Origin: an uncultured Methanoregulaceae archaeon
GTDB lineage: Archaea; Halobacteriota; Methanomicrobia; Methanomicrobiales; Methanospirillaceae
Length of the DNA stretch: 64,000 nucleotides
Direction of reading: 5' to 3'
Assembly: GCA_963841015.1 (NCBI GenBank)
Contig: CAWJAX010000003.1
Location: forward strand, 1 to 64,000
The notes below the pieces were generated by a model that was not told where the DNA came from, made no database searches, and saw only the letters and a list, made by a program, of their open reading frames with translations. Shown here piece after piece: positions 1 to 9,641 of the stretch (position 1 is the stretch's first letter; each line of letters begins with the position of its first letter). Position numbers and translations under genes: made by a program.

Positions 1-138
1 AGAGTTCTCACAAACTTTTATGAAAGATATAACAATTGAAAAATTACAATAAATTATACCACTCTGAAGCACGTGCGGAGCATTGTATTGGTATGTGGCT
101 TTGATTATTTCAGATGGAAATAAGGATAATTATGCCTA

Positions 139-924
139 ATGAGGGAAAAAATGAAGCCGATAATTCTGAATAAGTACTCTACTGCTGCAATTCTTCTCTT
201 TGCACTGGCGGCCGTATTCATTGATATTGCCCTTATTTCCAATCCTGCGGATATCACAACTACTGCATTTGTGATTTCCGGCATGGTCTGCGCGATGGTG
301 GGGATTTTTACCCTGACGTTTTCGGCAGGTGAGCCGAATGATCCTCGTTTTTTCGGGCTCCTTCCTGCTCAGGGTTCTATAAATCTCTCCCGTATCACGC
401 AACATCTGGGAATGTCCGGGCATGCGTATTTTCTTCCTTCCGGTGTTACCGGAGAAGCCAAAGTCATGCAGTTCAACCCGACCTCAACATATGACGGAAA
501 GCAAGGATCTGAAAAGGGATCATTTCGCGAAAAAGGACCAGCCGGCCTTATTACTACTCCCTCCTGCGACCTGTTGATTCAGGACCTTAGGAAGCATAAT
601 GCGCTGGTAATTCCGGATACCGAAGAAAATATTACCCAGCTGCTTCGGGAAATTATCGAAGATGTTTTTAAGTTTGCTCCACATCTTTCTGCCAAGTGGA
701 ACAAAAGCACGGTCACCGTAACGTTTCATGAGTACCCTTCAGTAGAAGGATGCAAGGTTATTGCGCAGGTATCTCCGGATTGTTGTGCCATGAATCCTTG
801 TCCTATGTGCTGCCTCTGCGGGGTACTGATTGCCGAAGGCAGAGACAGGATTGTCACCCTTGACCGGTGTTCAATAACCTCACCAAAAGGTGATGTCACT
901 GCTGTCTTCTCGATATTGCCCTGA
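139..924 (+). CDS. Membrane-anchored hypothetical protein with Cys-rich (V4R-like) C-terminus
   Basis: 261-aa ORF with two N-terminal TM helices and the motif CKVIAQVSPDCCAMNPCPMC; convergent with the DUF1616-type gene. Confidence 0.7.
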   Translation: MREKMKPIILNKYSTAAILLFALAAVFIDIALISNPADITTTAFVISGMVCAMVGIFTLTFSAGEPNDPRFFGLLPAQGSINLSRITQHLGMSGHAYFLPSGVTGEAKVMQFNPTSTYDGKQGSEKGSFREKGPAGLITTPSCDLLIQDLRKHNALVIPDTEENITQLLREIIEDVFKFAPHLSAKWNKSTVTVTFHEYPSVEGCKVIAQVSPDCCAMNPCPMCCLCGVLIAEGRDRIVTLDRCSITSPKGDVTAVFSILP

Positions 925-945
925 TCGGCATGTTCCTGATAATCC

Positions 946-1941
946 CTATCGGACCGTTACCCATAGATGAAGGCTCCGATAGCTTGCGTTGATACGATCT
1001 CTTCCTCTCACCTCAGGACCTGGAATGCTTTCATTAAACAACAGGAACTCTACCCGGTCATACCCGGTTTTTTCAATCGACAGATTATAAGGTATTACCT
1101 TCGTGGAATTATGAGTAAGATTGAGCGACAGTTGGTCTTTTTGATCCATCGCAATAATATTTGAGGAATTTGTCACGTTATCAAATTCTGTGCGCAGGAT
1201 CCACGTCTCAATTGTATAGGAAATATTTCGATATTCATGATTTCCCACACCGATATATAGAGAGTAATTGTTTCCAGCAGTGATCACTTCCGGGTAATCA
1301 GTGACCGTCTGCTTTTCCCCGAGAATAAAAAATTCAGAATATCGCTCCCCCACCTTGGGAAAAGCCAATACATAGGCCGATGTTAATATCGCGACGATAG
1401 CAACGAGAGTGAGAGCACCACTCAGAAACCGGTCGACCCTGCTACCTGAAGATGGTGAAAACTCCCTGAGGATTCTGTTCGAAATTGCGGAGAATGACAC
1501 TCTGAACCGTTCTTCGGATGGGAGAACCGCTCTTCGGTAGTGTGCAACAAGGATCATCATCCACGTGAATAACGTTAATGATATCACGACAGGTTCAAGC
1601 CGGATTCCCCATGGGGTGAAATTTAATCCCAGACCAATAAGGGGAACAACTGCTATTGAAAGTCCGATAGAGAGCAAAATCCGCTCGAGAAGATCAATCT
1701 CGCCTTCTTTGGGAAAGAGGGCTACAATGAGTACGTATCCCGGAATAAAGAGCATTACCGGAAGAAAAAGCACAATTCTCAGTGTCGTATTATTCAGGAT
1801 GGGGAGAGATATTGTTACGATACTTGCTGAAAGCCATAGAACAACGAGAGTCAGATCTAAAGGAGCTTCCTGCTCAAAAAAAGCCGAATAAATCGTTTTG
1901 ATATATGGTTTTTCAGACAAAGGAATCACCTTCCACGACAA
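946..1941 (-). CDS. DUF1616-family membrane protein
   Basis: FIPGY..ALFP, LSIGLSIAVVPLIGLGLNFTPWGI, YSEFFILG and YRSLHLWV motifs typical of the archaeal family; start uncertain. Confidence 0.85.
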   Translation of the reverse strand: MSWKVIPLSEKPYIKTIYSAFFEQEAPLDLTLVVLWLSASIVTISLPILNNTTLRIVLFLPVMLFIPGYVLIVALFPKEGEIDLLERILLSIGLSIAVVPLIGLGLNFTPWGIRLEPVVISLTLFTWMMILVAHYRRAVLPSEERFRVSFSAISNRILREFSPSSGSRVDRFLSGALTLVAIVAILTSAYVLAFPKVGERYSEFFILGEKQTVTDYPEVITAGNNYSLYIGVGNHEYRNISYTIETWILRTEFDNVTNSSNIIAMDQKDQLSLNLTHNSTKVIPYNLSIEKTGYDRVEFLLFNESIPGPEVRGRDRINASYRSLHLWVTVR

Positions 1942-2319
1942 AAACAGATTCCCTGCTTCTTGGCAGACAATAATCGCACCAGCAAAGAGTGCAATAGGCT
2001 GGACTCTTTTTGGGTTTCTGAATTTTTATCATCGTAGTAGAACCGCCATCCTGTCCGGATCTGTTAGTTTTTAATGTTTCTTTAAAGGCGTGTGAGGGCA
2101 GTCGGAACATTTGGTATCCGCATTACTATTAGTATACGAATCATCATTATTATACTGAATGAGGGATTGAGGGTTTTTTTGGCCAGCCATAAAAGATCAG
2201 TCTGTTTTTTATTATTAACTTTACAACCCTCCACATCCCTGATGGTAATCGAGGTTCCTGAAGAATTTGAACTGATGATGAATGCTATCTGCCCTTGAAG
2301 GATTATTCTTTTTTAATTA

Positions 2320-2883
2320 TCAGAGTATTAATTCAATTTTATACTTTTCCGGTCCACACAATTTATTGTTTTTTTCAATAATTTTAAATCCAAATTTTTG
2401 ATGTACAGCTAATGTCTGTTCATTATTTGCGTCAATACATCCATTGACAACGCGGACATTGTTATTTTTTAACTCTTTCAGACTTTCGTTAATCATGGTG
2501 AGAACAATACCTTTACCCCGCATGGATGGATCGATGCATAAGGAAAAACCTGTAGCCTTCTGAACCCGATGCAAACCTACGAACTTTTTGTGAACATAGA
2601 ATCCCATAAAAGCAACAATTTTACCTTTCACTTCGTAAATATAAAATGAATTTCTGAAAAGCCTGGAATATTTGATTATTTGATCATATTTTTTGTTTCC
2701 AAAGCAGGTAGCATGGAGCTCTAAAATTCTTTCAAGATCCCCGTCATTAAATCTTCTTATTATCTTTGATGTGTGTGAATATTTTTTAACAGCTGTACTT
2801 CCACCATAATCCAACATATCACGATAGTGAACCCAACATGCTTCGTATAAGGAAGACAATATTTTTTTGGGTTTGTCAATCAT
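2320..2883 (-). CDS. GNAT-family N-acetyltransferase
   Basis: CIDPSMRGKGI acetyl-CoA motif A, N....VHQKFGF; markedly AT-rich. Confidence 0.8.
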   Translation of the reverse strand: MIDKPKKILSSLYEACWVHYRDMLDYGGSTAVKKYSHTSKIIRRFNDGDLERILELHATCFGNKKYDQIIKYSRLFRNSFYIYEVKGKIVAFMGFYVHKKFVGLHRVQKATGFSLCIDPSMRGKGIVLTMINESLKELKNNNVRVVNGCIDANNEQTLAVHQKFGFKIIEKNNKLCGPEKYKIELIL

Positions 2884-3059
2884 TTTAATTCACATCAATC
2901 ATATCGAATCTTTTCTAAAAAAATAATTGTCGCTGATAACAAAGTATGATTTCAGATTAATTACATTTTTGCTCTACGAAAAGCAATAAGATACCAGATT
3001 TCAGGATAGAAGGAATTTCCCACAGGATTATTTACTCAAAGCAATGAACGCGTACCTGC

Positions 3060-3767
3060 ATGTTTATCTTCGCCCACGTGTTCGCAGGTGCTCTGCTCGG
3101 TCTCATATTCTGGCACCTGACGAATGACCGTCGGGCGATCCTTGTCTGTATTGCTGGATCTATCGTTCCTGATATAATTGATAAATCTCTCGGGTTGCTT
3201 TTCCCTGCAGCGCTTGGGAGTGGCAGAACGGTTTTTCACACCCTCGGTATTGCCTTACTGATCCTCACGATTTCACTCATTTTCATTCTATCAAACCTTC
3301 GGGTGCTCGGTATCGGCTTTGCATGTGCGATCCTCCTTCACCAGATTTTTGATGAGATGTGGCTGCTGCCCGCCAATTGGTTCTATCCTCTTCTGGGCCC
3401 GTTCCAGGGTCAGATGATTCCGGAATATATATATGCATATTTCTGGTTCGAAATTACCAACCCCAGCGAATGGTTGTTTATGTTTGGTTCTGTAGTGATT
3501 TTCGTGAAATCATATCAGTGTATGAAGCTCATTCCTATGCATTTCCTGTCAGATCGCGAAAAAACCGGCGCATACAGTATCATTGTTGTGGTGCTTGGGG
3601 GAATGGGATTGTATCTTGTCTCTGCGGGACTTTCAGGTTCGGTGGGCACATTTATTGCACCCTTATATGATCAGATGACAAATGTCATGGCCGGGCTTCT
3701 TGCTCTGAGTGGGGCAGTTATCATGAGCATCGAAAAATATGCTATCCCTCAAGGTATAGTTCGCTGA
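3060..3767 (+). CDS. Membrane-bound metal-dependent hydrolase (YdjM/DUF457-like)
   Basis: H..., PDIIDK, R.VFHT and LHQIFD motifs; multiple TM helices. Confidence 0.8.
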   Translation: MFIFAHVFAGALLGLIFWHLTNDRRAILVCIAGSIVPDIIDKSLGLLFPAALGSGRTVFHTLGIALLILTISLIFILSNLRVLGIGFACAILLHQIFDEMWLLPANWFYPLLGPFQGQMIPEYIYAYFWFEITNPSEWLFMFGSVVIFVKSYQCMKLIPMHFLSDREKTGAYSIIVVVLGGMGLYLVSAGLSGSVGTFIAPLYDQMTNVMAGLLALSGAVIMSIEKYAIPQGIVR

Positions 3768-3884
3768 ATTCATTGCAGACTACAATCCAGAATACGGGTG
3801 TTATTATTTTTTTTATAAAATCAATGAATGTAAAGCAATACTTATTGTTGATGATAAACCACATTAAAGTAAAGGTGATGTACT

Positions 3885-5945
3885 GTGGGTTATCCTGATC
3901 TTGACAACGATGAACCCATTCTCCTCCAATCGCGAAACGTTAAATTTAAATCCATTTCATTTGATGCAATACTTACCAGTAATCGTATTCATCTTACTGA
4001 CACAAAAAAGAATCTCATTCCTTCGCAGGATATCATTCTCACGACAATCAGGAATGTCGAAACAGGAGAAAATGCCATACGGGACCACTTTTTAATACTT
4101 TCTCTGGTTACCGATGCTGGTGAAAAGTATCAGGCAGTCCTCACATTTGCAAAGCAGTCTGGTGTAGAAAGAAAACGGGAATGCAATGAATGGGCAAAAA
4201 AACTAAAAAGTCTCATCCCCCCGTCAACTCCGCTTACTGACCCTGTTTCAACTCCTGAGTTGGCGAGCGAGTCATCAACTAAACGTGAAGTTCCGACTCA
4301 GGAACAAGGCGATGATAAGAACATTCGTCGAGCAAAAAAAAGATTAGAAATCTCTCCTCCTCTGGGAACTATTACTGAAAAAAAACCTGTTGCATCCGAA
4401 GGTACAGAAACAACTTCCCTTCCGGGTGGTACTTTCTGTTCACAATGCGGGAATCGTGTTCCTCTGAAATCAACATTCTGCAACAAGTGCGGGACACTGA
4501 TTCAGCAGTCTTCAGTCATTAATCTGGAGCCACAACCTGTTGAATCGGAGGCACCGGCACTAGTCACCCCTCCGGCCCCCCCTGACCCCGTCATTAATCC
4601 AGTTCAGGAGACCGTTCCACTGCCACCCCCCTTTCCTGTTGGTGGGAAGGCAGAAGATACGGTTCATCCTCGAGCTGGTTCTTCAGAAGAACGTCAGAGC
4701 AGTTCAGTTGAAAATATAATCCAGCCTGTTAAACCGGTAGTCAGAGACTCAGTGCTCAATACCCAACAATATCCAGCTTTTATTCAAAAACAAACTTCCC
4801 TGCCACTGAGTGAACCTTCGCAAACAGTGTCTCAGGCAGGGTCATCCGCTTCAGGGTCTCAGCAGGTAATTCCTGGTGCGGAATCTCAAACTGTGCCTAC
4901 CCTGATAGCATCCCCGGCCTCTCCCCCACCGCCACGGCCTCCTGTACCAGAAGGAAAAAAAACTGATTTTCGTACGATTGGAATCCTTATCATTGTCATC
5001 ATTCCCATTTTAGTCGGGCTGGTTCTCGCAGCAAACATCATGTCCGGATCATCAGGTTGGCGTACAAATACCACTCCGGTAATACCGGTTACTACAACTA
5101 TCCGCACTCAACTACCGCAAACAACATCACCTGATGTTACTCTGACAATTACTCCTGTCCGCACGGAAAACTCAACAATGATCGAAAAGGGACTGCTGAA
5201 CATTTCTATTGGGGACTATATAGGCTTACTACCTGTCGTTATTGATAATAAAAGCGCTGGAAATGTATCATGGAATAAACCGTTGAACTTGACAATGAAT
5301 GCGGGGCAGCATTCAGTCAGGATCTGTGTTGTTGATGTCTGTAATAATGAGGATGTTATGATATCACCTTCAAGTCCAACAACGGTCGATTTTGGGGATT
5401 GGTTAAAAAAAGAGATCGTCACTGGGCCCTTGACTGTATCTATCGGAGGATATAATGCCGACCTACCAGTCATTCTTGATAATATCAGTATTGGAAATGC
5501 ATCACAGGGAAAACCGCTGAGCCTTATGGTGAGTGAGGGGAACCATACCATAAAAGTCTGTGTAGGATTAATCTGTCAGAACGAAACGGTGAATGTTAAA
5601 TTTGCAAAACCAACGATTATTGATTTTGGGGAACGACTGAAAAAGGTTGCGGAATTCTCAACACCTACCGTACGAATCGTCAATACTCGTCAGGCTGGGG
5701 CAAGGGTTACCGTTGATCTGGAATATATCAACCCCACGAAGAATGACATCACTTTTACATCGACGGTTCAGTGTGCATATACTTATATTGACTCTCAAGG
5801 GAGAAAGGCAAATTTCAAACAAATCACGGTTACAAGATCGGTGAAAGCCGGCAATACCACAAAGCAGAGTTCTGATATTGTACTTGATGGAGGCAGATCA
5901 TACATAATTGAGAGCCCCCACATTCTGGATATTAAGTATACATAA
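3885..5945 (+). CDS. Single-pass membrane protein: PH-like N-domain, zinc ribbon, Pro-rich linker, duplicated extracellular beta-domain
   Basis: FCSQCG...FCNKCG zinc ribbon; TM IGILIIVIIPILVGLVLA; two ~79-aa C-terminal repeats. Confidence 0.75.
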   Translation: MGYPDLDNDEPILLQSRNVKFKSISFDAILTSNRIHLTDTKKNLIPSQDIILTTIRNVETGENAIRDHFLILSLVTDAGEKYQAVLTFAKQSGVERKRECNEWAKKLKSLIPPSTPLTDPVSTPELASESSTKREVPTQEQGDDKNIRRAKKRLEISPPLGTITEKKPVASEGTETTSLPGGTFCSQCGNRVPLKSTFCNKCGTLIQQSSVINLEPQPVESEAPALVTPPAPPDPVINPVQETVPLPPPFPVGGKAEDTVHPRAGSSEERQSSSVENIIQPVKPVVRDSVLNTQQYPAFIQKQTSLPLSEPSQTVSQAGSSASGSQQVIPGAESQTVPTLIASPASPPPPRPPVPEGKKTDFRTIGILIIVIIPILVGLVLAANIMSGSSGWRTNTTPVIPVTTTIRTQLPQTTSPDVTLTITPVRTENSTMIEKGLLNISIGDYIGLLPVVIDNKSAGNVSWNKPLNLTMNAGQHSVRICVVDVCNNEDVMISPSSPTTVDFGDWLKKEIVTGPLTVSIGGYNADLPVILDNISIGNASQGKPLSLMVSEGNHTIKVCVGLICQNETVNVKFAKPTIIDFGERLKKVAEFSTPTVRIVNTRQAGARVTVDLEYINPTKNDITFTSTVQCAYTYIDSQGRKANFKQITVTRSVKAGNTTKQSSDIVLDGGRSYIIESPHILDIKYT

Positions 5946-6143
5946 ATTTCCGAATCCCAAAACCTCCTTTTTTATTCTTCATTTCCATGAAGATTCATCC
6001 GGTTGAGGTTTTTTTTGATTGACTGACATTTCTTTAAATACCTCGTTGTTACCATTGTAATATATTCAAGGCCATTACGGGAATTCCTTAGAACAATCGT
6101 TGCTGGTTATCGAAGTCCTAAAGACCCTTCAGGACCCATAGGT

Positions 6144-6704
6144 ATGCCAATGATTCTCGTGGACTGGCAGCTCCTTGATCGCATTGCACGGGGCTACATA
6201 AAGATTGAGCCGTACGACCCGAAGCTGGTACAACCCAACTCTCTTGACATACGGCTTGGCAGCCATTTCGTATGGTACGAACACAGCAGCGAGGTTATCG
6301 ATCCCTATAACCCGGCCAGTGTTTCTTCCCATGTGGGCGAAGTGCGTGCAGATACGTTCATCCTCAACCCAGGGCAGTTTGTACTCGCTGAAACGCTGGA
6401 GTGCATCGAACTTCCTGATAATATCGTTGCCACAATTGAAGGCAAATCGAGTATTGCCCGGCTCGGGGTCACGCTCCACCAGACCGGGGGCTGGATCGAT
6501 GCCGGTTTCCGGGGCACGATCACACTCGAGATGGCAAACGTCAACACCCGCCCGGTTAAAGTTTATGCCGGCATGCCAATTGGTCAACTGGTTTTTTACA
6601 CGACCGAGCGGGCAGAAAACCCGTATTATAAAAAAGGAGATGCCAAGTATCTCGATCAGCGGCAAGCGACGCTATCGCGGTATCACGCGAATCAAAAGAG
6701 ATGA
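6144..6704 (+). CDS. dcd: dCTP deaminase
   Basis: [35 protein letters not shown] and IGQL motifs. Confidence 0.95.
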   Translation: MPMILVDWQLLDRIARGYIKIEPYDPKLVQPNSLDIRLGSHFVWYEHSSEVIDPYNPASVSSHVGEVRADTFILNPGQFVLAETLECIELPDNIVATIEGKSSIARLGVTLHQTGGWIDAGFRGTITLEMANVNTRPVKVYAGMPIGQLVFYTTERAENPYYKKGDAKYLDQRQATLSRYHANQKR

Positions 6705-6737
6705 TCCGTATCTCTGCCTTCAACGGTTTAAATCAAC

Positions 6738-6948
6738 AATCCCGTAACAATATTCACAATATACCTGAACGCTCAACAGGGATTTCACACCGACCGTCAT
6801 AGTTTTCCAAAAAAAAGCGATAAACCTTCAACAGGTATTACCTCACCATCGATCCAAATACAGGGTGTAAAGAGGAACAGGAACGTTCCTTCAGTCACCT
6901 GTAATAAATATTTTTATCAATACACGCTAAGTGAATTTCCACAAAGTA
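6738..6948 (+). mobile_element. Decayed MITE-like element, module A
   Basis: Colinear motifs aacgctca-ggg-tttcac-gcgataa-aacaggt-tacctca-catcg-hairpin shared with the 28918 copy; ends eroded, boundaries approximate. Confidence 0.6.
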
Positions 6949-7022
6949 AAAAAAACTATTAACACTAAATACAATCAACGCTCATTTTATACGGATGATC
7001 TCACCTTATCGGAGATGAATTA

Positions 7023-8858
7023 ATGCGACTTCTTCTCATTCATTCAGATTACATCGAATACGAAGCAAAAAAGCAGACAAAGATGGCAGAGGAGTGTTCA
7101 GTTCTCGCCGATAAAGAGACTGAAGTACTAACTGTTTTCTGTGCTGTGGAATCGATAGATGAGGAAGACCTTGAAGGGGTTATCCTTCAGGCAATAGGGG
7201 AGGTGAAAAAGACTGCAGCCCAGGTGCATGTTGACAAGATCATGGTATACCCGTATGCACACCTCTCCAATGATCTCGCTTCACCCGAGACTGCTATTGC
7301 TACCCTGATAGCACTCAAGGAAGGCCTCGAGGAAGAAGGATTCACGGTCAAGCGGGCACCGTTTGGCTGGTACAAATCGTTTAAGCTCTCCTGCAAGGGT
7401 CACCCCCTCTCTGAACTCTCAAAGACCATTGTGCCCGGTGAAGAGGGGACGGTGAAAAAGGAGAAATCTGAAGTCACGCACGACTGGTTCGTGATGACCC
7501 CGGACGGGCGATCCCATGACTACCATGAGTACCTTGACGATACACCGTTTGGCTGTCTTGTAAAAAAGGAACTGGGTGTCGCGGTTCCGACCGGCGGGGA
7601 ACCTGCTCATGTCGGACTGATGCGTTCAAAGGAGCTGGTCGACTATGAGCCGGCGAGTGATGTCGGCTGCCTGCGCTGGATGCCGAAAGGCAAAATTATC
7701 CGTGACCTCCTTGCGGACTATGTGCTGCGCCTGGTTCTTGACTATGGTGGCACACCTGTTGAGACACCGGTCATGTACGACCTTGGCGACCGGGCGATTT
7801 ATGAACACGCAGAAAAGTTTGGTGAGCGGCAGTACCGCTTCAAGTCAAACAACCGGAACATGATGCTGCGCTTTGCCGCCTGTTTCGGGATGTTTTCCAT
7901 CATGCGGGACATGCACATCTCGCCCCACAACCTGCCGATGAAGATGTACGAGCTCTCCACCTACTCCTTCCGCCACGAACAGAAGGGTGAAGTGATCGGC
8001 CTCAAGCGCCTCAGGGCATTCACCATGCCCGATATGCACTCGCTCTGCACGGATATGCCTGAAGCATTGCAATGCTTTGAAGAGCAGCTTGCGATGGGCT
8101 GGCAGACGGGTAAAGACTTTGAGACAAAGCTCGTCGCCGCATTCCGGTGCACAAAGGACTTCTACGCCGAGAACGAAGCCTGGGTAAGGAAGATCGTTAA
8201 GGAATCCGGCTGCCCGATGCTTATCGAGATCCTGTCAGACCGTGTTCATTACTGGGTTGCCAAGATCGACCTTGCAGCTATTGACGGGCAGATGCGCCCG
8301 ATCGAAAACCCCACTGTCCAGATCGATGTCGAAAGTTCAACCCGGTTCAATATCAAATACCACATGGAAGATGGCACCGTAGTCCACCCCCCGATCCTCC
8401 ACTGCTCCCCCACCGGCAGCGTTGAGCGGGTGATCTGTGCCATTCTTGAAAACATCTCCACACAACCGGTTCCTGCACTCCCTACGTGGCTTTCACCGGT
8501 GCAGGTCCGTGTTGTGCCGGTTGCTGAGCGTCATGGTGGATATGCTGATGAGATCTGCAACGCGATTAATGTGGCACAGATCCGCTGTGATGTTGACGAC
8601 CGTGAAGAGAGTGTGGGCAAAAAAGTCCGCGAAGCCGGTATGGACTGGATACCATTTGTTATCGTTATTGGTGATGAAGAGGTCGCAAGTGGGAAATTAA
8701 CGGTCACCATCCGCAGGAAGTCGCAGCCCAACAAACCCTTCAAGGAGCAGCTCACTCCTGAAACATTGATCGATACTGTGCACAGGGAGACTGCGGGTAA
8801 GCCGTTCAGGCCCCTGTATACGCCGCGGAAACTTTCAAGGAAGGCCCGGTACATCTGA
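7023..8858 (+). CDS. thrS: Threonine--tRNA ligase (archaeal type)
   Basis: N-terminal MRLLLIHSD archaeal editing domain, [26 protein letters not shown]. Confidence 0.97.
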   Translation: MRLLLIHSDYIEYEAKKQTKMAEECSVLADKETEVLTVFCAVESIDEEDLEGVILQAIGEVKKTAAQVHVDKIMVYPYAHLSNDLASPETAIATLIALKEGLEEEGFTVKRAPFGWYKSFKLSCKGHPLSELSKTIVPGEEGTVKKEKSEVTHDWFVMTPDGRSHDYHEYLDDTPFGCLVKKELGVAVPTGGEPAHVGLMRSKELVDYEPASDVGCLRWMPKGKIIRDLLADYVLRLVLDYGGTPVETPVMYDLGDRAIYEHAEKFGERQYRFKSNNRNMMLRFAACFGMFSIMRDMHISPHNLPMKMYELSTYSFRHEQKGEVIGLKRLRAFTMPDMHSLCTDMPEALQCFEEQLAMGWQTGKDFETKLVAAFRCTKDFYAENEAWVRKIVKESGCPMLIEILSDRVHYWVAKIDLAAIDGQMRPIENPTVQIDVESSTRFNIKYHMEDGTVVHPPILHCSPTGSVERVICAILENISTQPVPALPTWLSPVQVRVVPVAERHGGYADEICNAINVAQIRCDVDDREESVGKKVREAGMDWIPFVIVIGDEEVASGKLTVTIRRKSQPNKPFKEQLTPETLIDTVHRETAGKPFRPLYTPRKLSRKARYI

Positions 8859-8889
8859 TTTCAGATTTTTAATACATTCCCTCTCACTT

Positions 8890-8980
8890 AAGACGGAGGG
8901 GACCGTGCCTGTCCCCCCGCACCGCCCCTGCGCTGAGCGCGATAGTAACATATTACCTGTTCGGGAAGTATTGCATAGTG
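8890..8980 (-). mobile_element. Partial MITE-like module A (inverted) after the thrS stop
   Basis: ggagggaccgtgcctgtcccc-like hairpin, cccctgcgctgagcgcgat, tacctgttcggga; reverse complement of module A. Confidence 0.7.
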
Positions 8981-9084
8981 TTGGGAAATAAGGAGTGAAG
9001 AAGTCCTGAACATTGGGAGGAATTAATTCGGGGAAAGAGAAGAGCGACCCCTCTCTGAAATTGTATGTTTATTGTCCTCGCAAT

Positions 9085-9262
9085 TGAGGAAAATACCGAT
9101 TGAATAAGAAAATTCAGACCATTCTGGTTTTGGGTAATACAGCGTTATCGCATCGGGGGGATGCCCCAGTGGCGGGTGGCGGGAGGACAGCCCCCGAGAA
9201 CGTTTGAAATCTGGAAATAAAAAAAAATTCTTTGGAGGCGTTTTGCCAGATAGACAGAGGCA
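9085..9262 (-). repeat. Module C repeat (shares its head with module A)
   Basis: gttatcgcatcggggggatgcccc...cccccgagaacgttt; related to 23310-23480 and 29380-29470; boundaries approximate. Confidence 0.55.
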
Positions 9263-9275
9263 ATCGCTCTTTGTT

Positions 9276-9641
9276 TTACCCAAGATAGCGTGCGATCCCG
9301 GCTTTCAGTTCATTAAACGAGACAGGCTTGACAAGCACACTGAGATAGGGATCTTTAAGCTGCCCCATCTTTTCATCAACTAAGGGTGAAGCGGTAAAAA
9401 GAATAACCGGCATCTCATGAACTCCGTAATCCCCGCGGAGTTTTTCTAAAAATTCCCACCCGTTGATAGGCACCATCATGATATCCAGCAGGATAAGAGC
9501 CGGTGGCTCCTTTTGAATGAGTTCAAGTGCTTCGAGCCCGTTTGCAATCAGGACAGGTTCGTACCCGAGTTTCCGGATCATCAGATCCATGAGATCGAGG
9601 ATTGGCTGATCATCCTCCACTACCATGATTCTACGTGACAT
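9276..9641 (-). CDS. Single-domain response regulator (CheY-like)
   Basis: IMVVEDD, LILLDIMM, VILFTA, KPV; start MSRRIM overlaps the kinase stop. Confidence 0.92.
   Translation of the reverse strand: MSRRIMVVEDDQPILDLMDLMIRKLGYEPVLIANGLEALELIQKEPPALILLDIMMVPINGWEFLEKLRGDYGVHEMPVILFTASPLVDEKMGQLKDPYLSVLVKPVSFNELKAGIARYLG

Noticed and set aside
1985-2010. Hairpin AAAGAGT...ACTCTTT upstream of the DUF1616 gene as a riboswitch or sorting-signal remnant
   Set aside because: A single short stem with no recognised aptamer motif and no second copy.
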